From NCBI GenBank assembly GCA_902806325.1, contig CADCWE010000179.1, positions 4,124 to 68,123 of the forward strand: a DNA stretch of 64,000 bases, given 5' to 3'. The DNA comes from an uncultured Thermomicrobiales bacterium. Lineage in GTDB: Bacteria > Chloroflexota > Chloroflexia > Thermomicrobiales > UBA6265. The notes beneath the pieces were generated by a model. That model was not told the DNA's origin, made no database searches, and saw only the letters and a program-made list of their open reading frames with translations. Positions 18,429 to 27,389 of this stretch are shown here, piece after piece (the first letter of the stretch is position 1; every line of letters starts with the position of its first letter). The translations under genes were made by a program, and so were the position numbers.

Positions 18429-20102
18429 CTACGAGGAGCTGGCGCCCGCCATCGCCGCCTCGTACACCGTCTCGCCGCCGACGACAGTGGCCAGGACCGG
18501 GACCGCGGCGATCTCGGACGGCGGGACCGTGGCCGGATCGTGGGCGAGGACGGCGAGGTCGGCCAGCATGCCCGGTTTGAGGGCGCCCTTCTGGTGTTCC
18601 TCGAAGGTGGCGTGGGCGCCGGCGACGGTGTAGGCGCGGATCGCTTCCTCGACGGTGAGGGCTTCGGCGGGGGCATACGGGCTGCCGGAGCCGGTCCGCT
18701 CTTCCACCGCGGCCTGGATGCCCTTCAGCGGCTCGAAGGCCGAGACCGGGCAATCGGAGGAGAAGACGAGGGTCACGCCGCCGTCGAGCAGCGAGCGGAA
18801 CGGGTAGGTTAGTTGGCAGCGATCCCAGCCGAGGTGGCGCAAGAACCCGTCGCCGTACTCAGGGATGAAGACGGGTTGGGAAACCGCCAGGACGCCCATC
18901 GCCGCCAGCCGCGCGATCAGGTCCGGGCGCAGAATCCCGCAGTGTTCGATCCGGTGCCGGTGGTCGGGGCGCGGGCCGGCGGCGAGGGCGCGTTCGTAGG
19001 CATCCAAGACCATCCCGATCGCCCGGTCGCCGATGGCGTGGGTGGCGACCTGATAGCCGGCGTCATGCGCCTGGCGGACGACGGCGTCCAACTCGTCCTG
19101 GGGCATCATCTCCAGACCGAGGTTGTCCGGCCGGGGGTCTTCCAGGAACGGCTCGGTGACGGCGGCCGTGCGGCCGATCAGCGACCCGTCGGAGAAGAAC
19201 TTGATCGGGCCGACCCGCAGGCGATGATCCCCCAGGCCACCGCGCATCCCTAACTCGGCGACCCGCGGCAGGAGCGGTTGGCCGATCATCAGGCTGGTCC
19301 GGAGCGGCAGCCCCCGTTCCAACGAAGCCACCTGGTGCGCCGTCAACTCGGCGGCGGAGTTGACCCCGGCGGTTTGTGAGCTGGTGATCCCGGCGGCGAG
19401 GTACCGCTCGCCGCAGAGGCTCAGGGCGTCGACCAGATCGTCGCCCGTTGGCCTCGGGATGTGGGGCCGGATCAGTTCCTGGGCGGTTTCGAGGAGCAGG
19501 CCGGTCGGTTCGCCCGTCTCGTCGTGGACGACCTGCCCTCCCTGGGGGTCCGGCGTGCGGGCGGTGATTCCGGCCAATCGCAGCGCCGCCGTGTTAATGA
19601 CGGCGAGGTGGCCGGAGCCGTTGACGAGAAAGACCGGGTGATCCGGGGCGACCGCGTCCAGGTCCCCGCGGGAGGGGTGGCGCCGCTCGGCCAGCTTGTT
19701 GTCGTCGTAGCCGCGCGCGAGAACCCAGGCCCCGGTGGGGGTGCGCGCCGCCCGCTCCCCGATCGCCGCTTGGATCTCGGCGATGGATTCGACGGTCGGA
19801 AAGCGACAATCGACCTGAGCCAACGTCAGGCCGAAGCCGATCATGTGGTTGTGGGCCTCGTTGAAGCCCGGGACGACGAAGGCGCCGCCGAGATCGGTTT
19901 CGGTGGCGCCGGGGTGGGCGAAGGCGCGGGCGCCGTCGACGTCGCCGACGTAGCCGATCCGGTCCCCGACCAGGACCAGGGCGGCGGCGCGGGGCCGGTC
20001 CAGGTCCATCGTCAGCATGCCGGCGTTGAGCAGGAGGCGTTCGCGCACCGGTGGGGGTCCTTTCGATTCGGACTTGGCTTCCGACGGTTCGGCATTTCCC
20101 AC
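18429..20102 (-). CDS. Amidohydrolase-family metal-dependent hydrolase (YtcJ-like, Amidohydro_3)
   Basis: LLLNAGMLTMD...VVPGFNEAHNHMIGFG...VATHAIGDRA...HRIEHCGI...FSSDCPV. GTG at 20048 is an alternative start with an AAGGA SD. Confidence 0.85.
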   Translation of the reverse strand: MGNAEPSEAKSESKGPPPVRERLLLNAGMLTMDLDRPRAAALVLVGDRIGYVGDVDGARAFAHPGATETDLGGAFVVPGFNEAHNHMIGFGLTLAQVDCRFPTVESIAEIQAAIGERAARTPTGAWVLARGYDDNKLAERRHPSRGDLDAVAPDHPVFLVNGSGHLAVINTAALRLAGITARTPDPQGGQVVHDETGEPTGLLLETAQELIRPHIPRPTGDDLVDALSLCGERYLAAGITSSQTAGVNSAAELTAHQVASLERGLPLRTSLMIGQPLLPRVAELGMRGGLGDHRLRVGPIKFFSDGSLIGRTAAVTEPFLEDPRPDNLGLEMMPQDELDAVVRQAHDAGYQVATHAIGDRAIGMVLDAYERALAAGPRPDHRHRIEHCGILRPDLIARLAAMGVLAVSQPVFIPEYGDGFLRHLGWDRCQLTYPFRSLLDGGVTLVFSSDCPVSAFEPLKGIQAAVEERTGSGSPYAPAEALTVEEAIRAYTVAGAHATFEEHQKGALKPGMLADLAVLAHDPATVPPSEIAAVPVLATVVGGETVYEAAMAGASSS

Positions 20103-20156
20103 TCGCTCGGACCGACCCGCGGCCGGGGCGTGTCGGCGATACGACGCGGGGCGCCG

Positions 20157-20681
20157 CTACGGTGATTCCGTCTCGTCCGCGTCCTCCCGGTTGACGATCA
20201 ATTCGACCCCGTCAGGGATCCGGCCGAGGTGGTGCCGGAGGTACACCGGGACGAGCCTGACGCGATCCAAATCGGCGACTGGGAACCAGCGGTAGACCAT
20301 GGCCACCCCGTCCTCGCGGTGGACGTGGTCGCGGGTCAGGTCGAGCCACGGGGACCCGGGCGGGATGGCGTAAAGGAAGACGAACCCGACTTCGTGCCAC
20401 CGCTCGTCCCAATGGCGGACGAAGGTTTCGTGGATCCAGACCAGGCGCTCGATCCGGGGGACGAAACCGAGCTCTTCGGTCAACTCGCGGACGATCGCGT
20501 CGGCGGACGTCTCGTCGTGGTGGATGCGCCCGCCCGGCAGCGTCCAATATTCCGCGTCGCCTTCGCGCAACAAGAGGGCGTGCCCTTGCCGAAGGCAAAC
20601 GCCGGACGCCTTGAGGTTGAACTCCCGTCGCCCGACGGAGAGCGAGAGCATCAAGGCGGGAACCGGGTCCGACACGTTCAC
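20157..20681 (-). CDS. NUDIX hydrolase
   Basis: The Nudix box is LPGGRIHHDETSADAIVRELTEELG (GX5EX7REUXEEXGU). The start is GTG 20681 or ATG 20651. Confidence 0.8.
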   Translation of the reverse strand: MNVSDPVPALMLSLSVGRREFNLKASGVCLRQGHALLLREGDAEYWTLPGGRIHHDETSADAIVRELTEELGFVPRIERLVWIHETFVRHWDERWHEVGFVFLYAIPPGSPWLDLTRDHVHREDGVAMVYRWFPVADLDRVRLVPVYLRHHLGRIPDGVELIVNREDADETESP

Positions 20682-20865
20682 GGGTGATCTGGCCTCTTTG
20701 GACGTCGCGCGTGCGACGAGTATCCCACAACCAACGACGCGCCCTCGCTGCCCGGATCTTGCGTGCCCCGCGCCAAGCATCTCCGCGCGGGGTGGGCTTG
20801 CCAAGCGCCCCGCCACAAGCTACCATAACAGCGTTAGGAAATGAACAACGGTGTTCGGAGGGGTT

Positions 20866-21579
20866 ATGGTCGCCAACGCGGAACCGGTCGCTGTTGCCCC
20901 CGCGGAGTCGCGGCGAGAGCGGATGCGGGCGATGATGCGCGAGGACGTGCTGGCGGCGGCGCGCCGGATCGTGCAGGAGGACGGGGTCAAGGGATTGGCG
21001 ATGCGTGCCCTGGCCCAGGCGGTCGGAGTGACCGCGCCGACGCTCTACGACTACTTTCCATCCAAGGAAGCAGTGCTCGACGAGCTGTACCTCCACGGCG
21101 CGGACCTCATGCTGACCGCGTTCAAGGACGCGATCGCGTCCAGCGAACCGGGGCTGGACCGGTTGCAGGCGATCGGCCAGGCCTACCGCGGCTTCGCGAT
21201 CGGGCATCCGGATCTTTATCTCCTGATGTACGGACGGGTCGACGCCAGCTACCGGCCGGGCGTGGACGAGATGGCCTGCGGGATTGATGTGCAAATGGCG
21301 ACGATCGGCGCGGTGGCCGAAGCGATGGAAATGGGCTGCCTGCGGCCGGGCGACCCGGAGGCGGTCGGTCACGCCCTCTGGACGATGGCCCACGGCCACG
21401 TGTCGCTGGAAATCAACGGGTTCCTCGGCGAGAAATGTCACGCCGGGGACGCGGCGGCGTTGTACGAGCGGAACTTCGACCTGCTCTTCTCCGGGTTGAG
21501 TGCCGCCGCGCCCGATCCCGCCCCCGGGGACCACCCGGCAATGCCGCCGGACCTCAGCGCGGCGACGCGCCCGCTCTAA
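20866..21579 (+). CDS. TetR/AcrR family transcriptional regulator
   Basis: The HTH is GLAMRALAQAVGVTAPTLYDYFPSKEAVL. The ATG at 20866 is preceded by GGAGGGG. It lies upstream of an MFS efflux gene. Confidence 0.85.
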   Translation: MVANAEPVAVAPAESRRERMRAMMREDVLAAARRIVQEDGVKGLAMRALAQAVGVTAPTLYDYFPSKEAVLDELYLHGADLMLTAFKDAIASSEPGLDRLQAIGQAYRGFAIGHPDLYLLMYGRVDASYRPGVDEMACGIDVQMATIGAVAEAMEMGCLRPGDPEAVGHALWTMAHGHVSLEINGFLGEKCHAGDAAALYERNFDLLFSGLSAAAPDPAPGDHPAMPPDLSAATRPL

Positions 21580-21732
21580 CCCCAGGCCCAGACCCCGCTC
21601 CGTCCGCCGCCGGTTGCGGCGCCGTTTTCCGTGCGCCCCAAGGATTGGCCGTCCGAGACCCGGTGGTCGCGCCGCTGGGTCGTTGTCGCTTCGTGTGCCC
21701 GCGCCGCGGGCTAGGTCTGGAGGTTTACCCGT

Positions 21733-23364
21733 ATGGCGTCTCGAACCCGGTTGGCGGATCGCGTCAACGACGACAACCTGAAGTGGTTCACCCTGGCGGC
21801 GGCCTGCATCGCCCTGTTCATGGCGATTTTGGACAACCTGGTGGTCAACGTCGCGCTGCCGACGATCTCGCAGGAGCTGAACGCCGGGCCAACCGACCTG
21901 CAGTGGATCGTCTCCGCCTACACCATCGTCTTCGCGTCGCTCCAAATTACCACCGGCGGCCTCGGCGACCGGTTGGGTCGCAAACGCTGGTTCCTGATTG
22001 GCGTGGTGATCTTCACCGTCACCTCGGCGGTGGCCGCCTTCGCCAACACGATCGAGCTCCTGATCGCCGCTCGCGCCCTCCAAGGGGTCGGCGCCGCGTT
22101 CATCATGCCGCTCTCGCTGTCCTTGATCTCCGACGCCTTCCCGCCGGAGGAGCGGGGCAAGGCGCTCGGGATCTGGTCGGCGGTCTCGATCTCCGGTCTC
22201 GCCTTCGGGCCGATCGTCGGCGGCACGATCGTCGAGTACGCGAGCTGGAACTGGGTCTTCCTGATCAACATCCCGATCGGGATCGGCGCCTTCATCGTCA
22301 CCTCGGCGGTGGTGCGGGAATCGCGCGACCGATCCGGCACCGTCGCCACCGACATCCCCGGCACCGTCCTGGTCACCGGGGCGATCGCGGCCCTCGCCTA
22401 CGCCCTGATCGAAGCCGGCAACCGGGGCTGGACCGACGGGTTGATCCTGGCCTCGTTCGCGGTCTCGGCGGTGCTCTTTGCGGCGTTCGTGATCGTCGAG
22501 AACCGGACCGAGAAGCCGATGGTGCCGCTCTCGTTCTTCCGCTCCTCCACCTTCACCGGCGCCAATCTGGTCGCCTTCGCGATCTCGTTCCTGATCTCCG
22601 GCGTCGCCTTCTCGATGACGCTCTACCAGCAGAACGTCCACGGCTACTCCCCGGTCCAGGCCGGGTTGACGCTGCTGCCGCTGGTAATCACGATGATGGT
22701 CTGCTCGCCGATCTCCGGCTCGCTGGTGAACCGGATCGGGTCGGCCAAGCTGATCGCGCTCGGAATGCTGATCACCGGCGGCTCGGCGCTGCTGTTTCTC
22801 CGCGCCGACGTCGGGGCGAGCTTTATCGACATCGTGCCCGCCCTGGTGGTGATGGGGCTCGGCAACTCCTTGATCTTTGCCCCGATGACGACCGCGGTCC
22901 TCAACAGCGTCTCGACCGACAAGAGCGGCGTCGCCTCGGCGGTCAACGGCGCCGTCCGGGAAACCGGCTTCGCCTTCGGCATCGCCCTCCTGGGCACGAT
23001 CATGAACCGGGTCTACCAGGACCGCTACAACAGCAACAACGCCATCGAGGCCCTCGAAGCCAACGCCGCCGCCCGACCGGCGGTGGACACCATCGGCGAA
23101 GGGGTCAATTACGCCGGCCGGATCCTGGAAGAGGACACCCGGTTCGCGCCGCTGCGCGCCCCGCTCGACGCCTCGATCCTCGACACGATCGTCGACGCCA
23201 GCGGTCGGGCCTTCGTCCTCGGGATGGAGCGCGCGTTCGTGATCTCCAGCATCGCGATCGTGCTCTGCGCCGGCTTGGCCTACGCCCTGATCAAGGACCG
23301 GGTGGCCCAGCGCGAACCCGCCCCGGCGGCCGAGGCGGGGTTGGCGCCGAGCGTCGGGGACTAG
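21733..23364 (+). CDS. MFS transporter, DHA2 (EmrB/QacA-like, 14-TMS) drug:H+ antiporter family
   Basis: LFMAILDNLVVNVALPTISQEL...WIVSAYTIVFASLQITTGGLGDRLGRKRWFLIG. 543 aa, with about 14 hydrophobic segments. Confidence 0.9.
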   Translation: MASRTRLADRVNDDNLKWFTLAAACIALFMAILDNLVVNVALPTISQELNAGPTDLQWIVSAYTIVFASLQITTGGLGDRLGRKRWFLIGVVIFTVTSAVAAFANTIELLIAARALQGVGAAFIMPLSLSLISDAFPPEERGKALGIWSAVSISGLAFGPIVGGTIVEYASWNWVFLINIPIGIGAFIVTSAVVRESRDRSGTVATDIPGTVLVTGAIAALAYALIEAGNRGWTDGLILASFAVSAVLFAAFVIVENRTEKPMVPLSFFRSSTFTGANLVAFAISFLISGVAFSMTLYQQNVHGYSPVQAGLTLLPLVITMMVCSPISGSLVNRIGSAKLIALGMLITGGSALLFLRADVGASFIDIVPALVVMGLGNSLIFAPMTTAVLNSVSTDKSGVASAVNGAVRETGFAFGIALLGTIMNRVYQDRYNSNNAIEALEANAAARPAVDTIGEGVNYAGRILEEDTRFAPLRAPLDASILDTIVDASGRAFVLGMERAFVISSIAIVLCAGLAYALIKDRVAQREPAPAAEAGLAPSVGD

Positions 23365-23369
23365 GGATT

Positions 23370-23429
23370 GGGGGACGGCTTGGGCGTCGGGGAACCACTC
23401 GCGGTGCCCCGACGCCCAAGCCGTCCCCC
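23370..23429 (+). terminator. Strong hairpin after the MFS gene
   Basis: A perfect 23-bp stem, gggggacggcttgggcgtcgggg / ccccgacgcccaagccgtccccc, with a 14-nt loop. It begins 6 nt after the stop. There is no T run. Confidence 0.6.
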
Positions 23430-23519
23430 GGCTCCCGGCATTGACCCAAGCCCCGTCGCTTGGTAGTCTCCCTATTCGCCGCCCGAAGGCCCGCTGTCCT
23501 TGGAGGGGGTTCCCGCGCG

Positions 23520-24683
23520 ATGCCCGCGTCGTCTCGCTCCGTGCTGGCGGCCACGCTCGACCGGCGGACGTTCGTCGCGCTCGCGGCGGGTGGGGTGCTC
23601 GCGGCGGGGGGGTGCGGCGGGCGGTCGGCGCCGAAACCGACGGAGATCGCGGTCGCCTCCCCGGGAGCGGGGACACCGGTGCCGGACGTGGCTGGATTTG
23701 ACGACCCCCGGCGGTGGGCCGGGCGCCGGGTGCGGGTCGGGGCTTGGGGCGGCGAGGTCCAGGATGCCCTGCGGGATGCGGTCTGGCGCCCGTTCGCGGC
23801 GGCCACCGGGGCCGAGGTGGTCGAGGTCGCGACCGACTACGCCCAGCTCCACGCCAGCCTGGAGGACGGCGCGCCGTACGCCGACGCGCTGGTCGCCGAC
23901 GCCGTCTGGGCGCACGGCGCGCTCGGCGCTGGGCAGGTCCAGGCACTGGCGGCCGAGACCATCGCCGCCGCGCCACCACGACCGATTGCCCCCACCGACC
24001 ACGCCTTGCCCGCCTACGCCTACGCCTTGGTCGGCGCCTACCGTTGGGACCACCTGGCCGCCGGGCCGCCGCAGAGTTGGGCGGAGTGGTGGGATGGCGC
24101 GCGGTATCCGGAGCCGCGGGCGCTGTTCAAGGGCGCGCTCGGCACCTTCGAGTTCGCCCTCCTGGCCGACGGGGTCGAACCGGCTTCCCTCTACCCGCTC
24201 GACCACGACCGGGCGATCGAAAGCTTGAAACGGATCAGCGGCAAAATCGTCGACCGGTGGTGGGAAAGCGGGCAGCGTCCGGTTGGCTGGCTGGCCACCG
24301 AGCGGGCCCAGTTGGCGAGCGCCTGGCACCATCGCGTGGTCGCCGGGATGGACGACGGGCACCCAATCGACATCGTCTGGAACGAGGGCCTCTTGGTGGC
24401 CGACCGGTGGGTGGTCCCGGCCCGGGCCGAGAACGCCGACGTCGCCAACGATTTCCTGCGCTACGCCGTTTCTGCCCCGATCCAGGCCGCGCTCGCCGGG
24501 TCGGTCCCGCTCGGCCCGATCGCGCCGGAGGCGTTCGCCACCTTGGCGGACGAGGTCGCGCCGCGGTTGCCGACCGCGCCGGACAATCTTTCTCAACTGA
24601 TCCCTCAGGACGTGGCCTGGTGGGCCGCCAACGGCCTGGAAGCGGAGCAGCGCTTCAACGGCTGGCTGCTGGGCGTGCCATGA
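23520..24683 (+). CDS. ABC transporter periplasmic substrate-binding lipoprotein (PotD/PotF-like polyamine/amine type)
   Basis: Tat/lipobox N-terminus MPASSRSVLAATLDRRTFVALAAGGVLAAGGCGG. It is a paralogue of the next gene. The ATG at 23520 is preceded by GGAGGGGG. Confidence 0.7.
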   Translation: MPASSRSVLAATLDRRTFVALAAGGVLAAGGCGGRSAPKPTEIAVASPGAGTPVPDVAGFDDPRRWAGRRVRVGAWGGEVQDALRDAVWRPFAAATGAEVVEVATDYAQLHASLEDGAPYADALVADAVWAHGALGAGQVQALAAETIAAAPPRPIAPTDHALPAYAYALVGAYRWDHLAAGPPQSWAEWWDGARYPEPRALFKGALGTFEFALLADGVEPASLYPLDHDRAIESLKRISGKIVDRWWESGQRPVGWLATERAQLASAWHHRVVAGMDDGHPIDIVWNEGLLVADRWVVPARAENADVANDFLRYAVSAPIQAALAGSVPLGPIAPEAFATLADEVAPRLPTAPDNLSQLIPQDVAWWAANGLEAEQRFNGWLLGVP

Positions 24684-25867
24684 GCGCCGGGGGGGGATCG
24701 CGTCCCCGCCGGTTCGATCGCCGGGGGGTGCTGCGTGCCGGTGCCGGGCTGGCGGTGTTGGCCATCGCCGGTTGCGGCGACGACGACGAGGTCGCCCAGG
24801 ACGCGACTCAGGTGCCGACCCCGGACTCGGTCCCAACCCAGGCTCCGATCGGGTCGCCGGTGCCCGGCTACGTCGACGTGGCCGAGAAATGGACCGGCCG
24901 GACGCTGACCATCGCCGGCCTCGGCGGCGCCTACCAGAGCGCCCAGGACGAAGCCTTCTTTAAGCCGTTCGCCGAGGCAACCGGCGTCGACATCGCGCTC
25001 GATGCGGCCTCCATCGGCGGCCTCACCGACCAGGTCGACGACGAGGCCGTGACCTGGGACGTGGTCGACCTGCCGACCGATCGGGTGCGCACCCTCTCCT
25101 CCGCCGATTACCTTTCCGCCATCGACACCCTGCTCGTCGACACGTCCCCCCTGTTCCCGGAGATCGTCGGCCAGTACGCAATCGGCGCGGCGTTCTTCTC
25201 CACCGTGATCGTCTACCCGGCCGCCGCCAACCCACCTGCCGGGTGGGTCGACTTTTGGGATCCGGCGCGTTTTCCCGGCCAGCGGGCCCTGCGCAAGACC
25301 CCGATCGGAACCATGGAATTCGCGCTGCTTGCCGACGGCGTGGCGCCCGACGACTTGTACCCCCTTGATGAGGAGCGGGCCTTCCGCAGCCTGGACCGGA
25401 TCAAGCCGTACGTCGCGTCCTGGTACGAGGACGGCAAGCAGCCGGTCGAGTTGATCGCCAACGCGGAGGTGGCCCTGGCCAGCGCCTGGAACGACCGCGC
25501 GGAGTTGCTGGACCTCGACGAGGTGGTGCGGGTCCAATGGCGCGGCGGCATGCTCTCAAGCCAGTCCTGGGTGGTCCCGCGGGGGGCACCGAACGCCGAC
25601 GTGGCGATGGACTTCGTCAACTTCGCGACCCGGGCGGTGCCCAACGCCAACTTCGCCCGGCTCGTCCCCTTCGGCCCGGTCAACCGGGACGCCTTCGCCC
25701 TCCTCCGCCCGGACCGCCTGGCCAGCCTGCCCAGCGCGCCGGACCACCTGGCCGTCCAGTTTCTAGAGAACGGGAACTTCTGGGCGGAGAACCTGGACCG
25801 GCTGCAAGAGCGGTTCGACGATTGGGTGATCGAGGAATTGCCGGAGACGCCGGAGGGGGAGGGATAA
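24680..25867 (+). CDS. ABC transporter periplasmic substrate-binding lipoprotein (PotD/PotF-like), paralogue
   Basis: MSAGGGSRPRRFDRRGVLRAGAGLAVLAIAGCGDD signal and lipobox. Blocks shared with the upstream SBP: FWDPARFPGQRAL / WWDGARYPEPRAL, FALLADGV, SAWN. An ATGA start/stop overlap joins the two genes. Confidence 0.7.
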   Translation: MSAGGGSRPRRFDRRGVLRAGAGLAVLAIAGCGDDDEVAQDATQVPTPDSVPTQAPIGSPVPGYVDVAEKWTGRTLTIAGLGGAYQSAQDEAFFKPFAEATGVDIALDAASIGGLTDQVDDEAVTWDVVDLPTDRVRTLSSADYLSAIDTLLVDTSPLFPEIVGQYAIGAAFFSTVIVYPAAANPPAGWVDFWDPARFPGQRALRKTPIGTMEFALLADGVAPDDLYPLDEERAFRSLDRIKPYVASWYEDGKQPVELIANAEVALASAWNDRAELLDLDEVVRVQWRGGMLSSQSWVVPRGAPNADVAMDFVNFATRAVPNANFARLVPFGPVNRDAFALLRPDRLASLPSAPDHLAVQFLENGNFWAENLDRLQERFDDWVIEELPETPEGEG

Positions 25868-25931
25868 TCCCCCTCCCCCCAGCACCCTTCCCCGTGCGAA
25901 CCGGGGAGCCGATGGTTGGGGGGAGGGGGAT
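25867..25931. repeat. C-tract/G-tract palindromic element (perfect 14-bp inverted repeat, 37-nt spacer)
   Basis: atccccctcccccc (25867-25880) and ggggggagggggat (25918-25931). It lies between convergent stops and probably acts as a bidirectional terminator. Confidence 0.7.
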
Positions 25932-25933
25932 CG

Positions 25934-27379
25934 TCACTTCCCCTTCCCCTTCCGCATCCCCGACGGCGCCAGGGCCGCCAGGCGTCTCGTCACCGGCCCG
26001 GCCGGCTGCCCCGTCTCCTCCGTCTCTTCCTTCCGCTCGACGGCCTTTCGGACCAGGACGCCGCCGACGTAGCGGACCGGGTCCGGCGGAAACAGCGAGC
26101 GGATGCCGCGGTTGAGGGGGGTGGCGCTCCACTCGTCGTCCAGGCCGAGGGCGGTCGACGCGAGGATGCGCCCGCCGAGGAGGCTTTGGGCGACGCCGGT
26201 GCCGGAGTAGCCGGCGCCGTAGAGGACGCGCGGGTCGCCGTTCAGGCGGCCGAAGAAGGGCAGGCCGTTCTCGGCCCGGTCGACGGCGCCGGACCAGGCG
26301 TGGGTGATCGGGACGTCGGCGAACGACGGGTAGAGGCGGCGCAGACCGCGTTCGGCGGCCGCGGCCCGCGCTGGGGCATCGTCGAAGGTCGGTGAAACGC
26401 GGCCGAGGCGGGCGTGGGCGGCTCCGGCGCGGCCGAGGACGACCCGGCCCTCGGGCGTGGCCTGGTAGTAGTGGAGCATCATCCGGGAGTCGGAGATCGC
26501 CTCGCCGCCGGTCCACCCGATAGTCGCCACGCGTTCCGCTGCCGGGGCGGTGGCGACCATGTCGCTGCTCATCGGCAGGATCGCCCGCCTCAACTCCGGC
26601 AACGACGCGGCCCAGGCGTTGATCGCCAAGATCACCATCTCGGCGGCGACGGCGCCACGGTCGGTGCGGACCACGGGGCGGGCGCCGCGATCCAGGGCGG
26701 TCGCCCGGGAATCCTCGAAGATCCGGACGCCGCGGTCGAGCGCCACCCGGCGCAGGCCGCGCGCCAGCAGGGCCGGTTGGACGGTGGCGGCGGTGCTGTC
26801 GAGGACGCCGCCGAGGTGGACGGGCGAACCGGTGCGGGCCGCGATCTCGGCCGCCGACAGGGCGCGCAGCGCGGCGATCCCGCGGCGCTCCATCTCGCCT
26901 AAGAACGCGTCCCACATCCCGAGGTGCAGCGGGGTGGTGGTGGTCCAGATCGCGCCGCCGGGACGAAACTCCACCCGGATGCCGTTGGCGGCGCAGAAGG
27001 CGCCGATCTCGCGGACAGCGGCGGCGGCGGCGTGGACCAGGCGCAGCGCGTCTTCCCCGCCACAGAGCGCGGTCAGGGAGCTGAGTTTGCCCCACCAGCC
27101 GAGGACGAATCCTCCGTTGCGCCCGCTGGCCCCGTCGCCGCAACGGGCGGCCTCCAGGAGCACCACGTCCGTCGCCGGGTCCAGCTCCTTGATCCGCAGC
27201 GCGGTCCACAAGCCGGTGTAGCCGCCGCCGACGATGCAGACATCGGCGCGGTGGGCACCCGCCAGCGGTTCGATGGGGGCAGCGTCCGGTTCGATCGCCC
27301 GCGCCTGCTCGATCCAGAGCGCGGGGCGGCGTGGGCGGTGGACGGGTTGGAAGCGGGTCACGGGCGGCTCCGGAAGCAC
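25934..27379 (-). CDS. FAD-dependent oxidoreductase, DAO family (gamma-glutamylputrescine oxidase PuuB-like)
   Basis: ALWIEQA...ADVCIVGGGYTGLWTALRIKE...GASGRNGGF (dinucleotide fold). 481 aa. GTG start at 27379. Confidence 0.8.
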   Translation of the reverse strand: MLPEPPVTRFQPVHRPRRPALWIEQARAIEPDAAPIEPLAGAHRADVCIVGGGYTGLWTALRIKELDPATDVVLLEAARCGDGASGRNGGFVLGWWGKLSSLTALCGGEDALRLVHAAAAAVREIGAFCAANGIRVEFRPGGAIWTTTTPLHLGMWDAFLGEMERRGIAALRALSAAEIAARTGSPVHLGGVLDSTAATVQPALLARGLRRVALDRGVRIFEDSRATALDRGARPVVRTDRGAVAAEMVILAINAWAASLPELRRAILPMSSDMVATAPAAERVATIGWTGGEAISDSRMMLHYYQATPEGRVVLGRAGAAHARLGRVSPTFDDAPARAAAAERGLRRLYPSFADVPITHAWSGAVDRAENGLPFFGRLNGDPRVLYGAGYSGTGVAQSLLGGRILASTALGLDDEWSATPLNRGIRSLFPPDPVRYVGGVLVRKAVERKEETEETGQPAGPVTRRLAALAPSGMRKGKGK

Positions 27380-27389
27380 GAAGTCGGGA

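Noticed and set aside
20212-23979. Very long ORFs on the opposite strand or in an alternative frame of real genes. Examples: 20212..23979 (-) 1255 aa, 661..2793 (-), 5173..7305 (+), 38654..41188 (-), 57653..59968 (-), 53665..55599 (-).
   Set aside because: Their translations are Arg/Pro/Gly/Ala-rich low-complexity strings with no motifs. They are the expected stop-poor shadow frames of a very GC-rich genome and overlap genes with clear family signatures.
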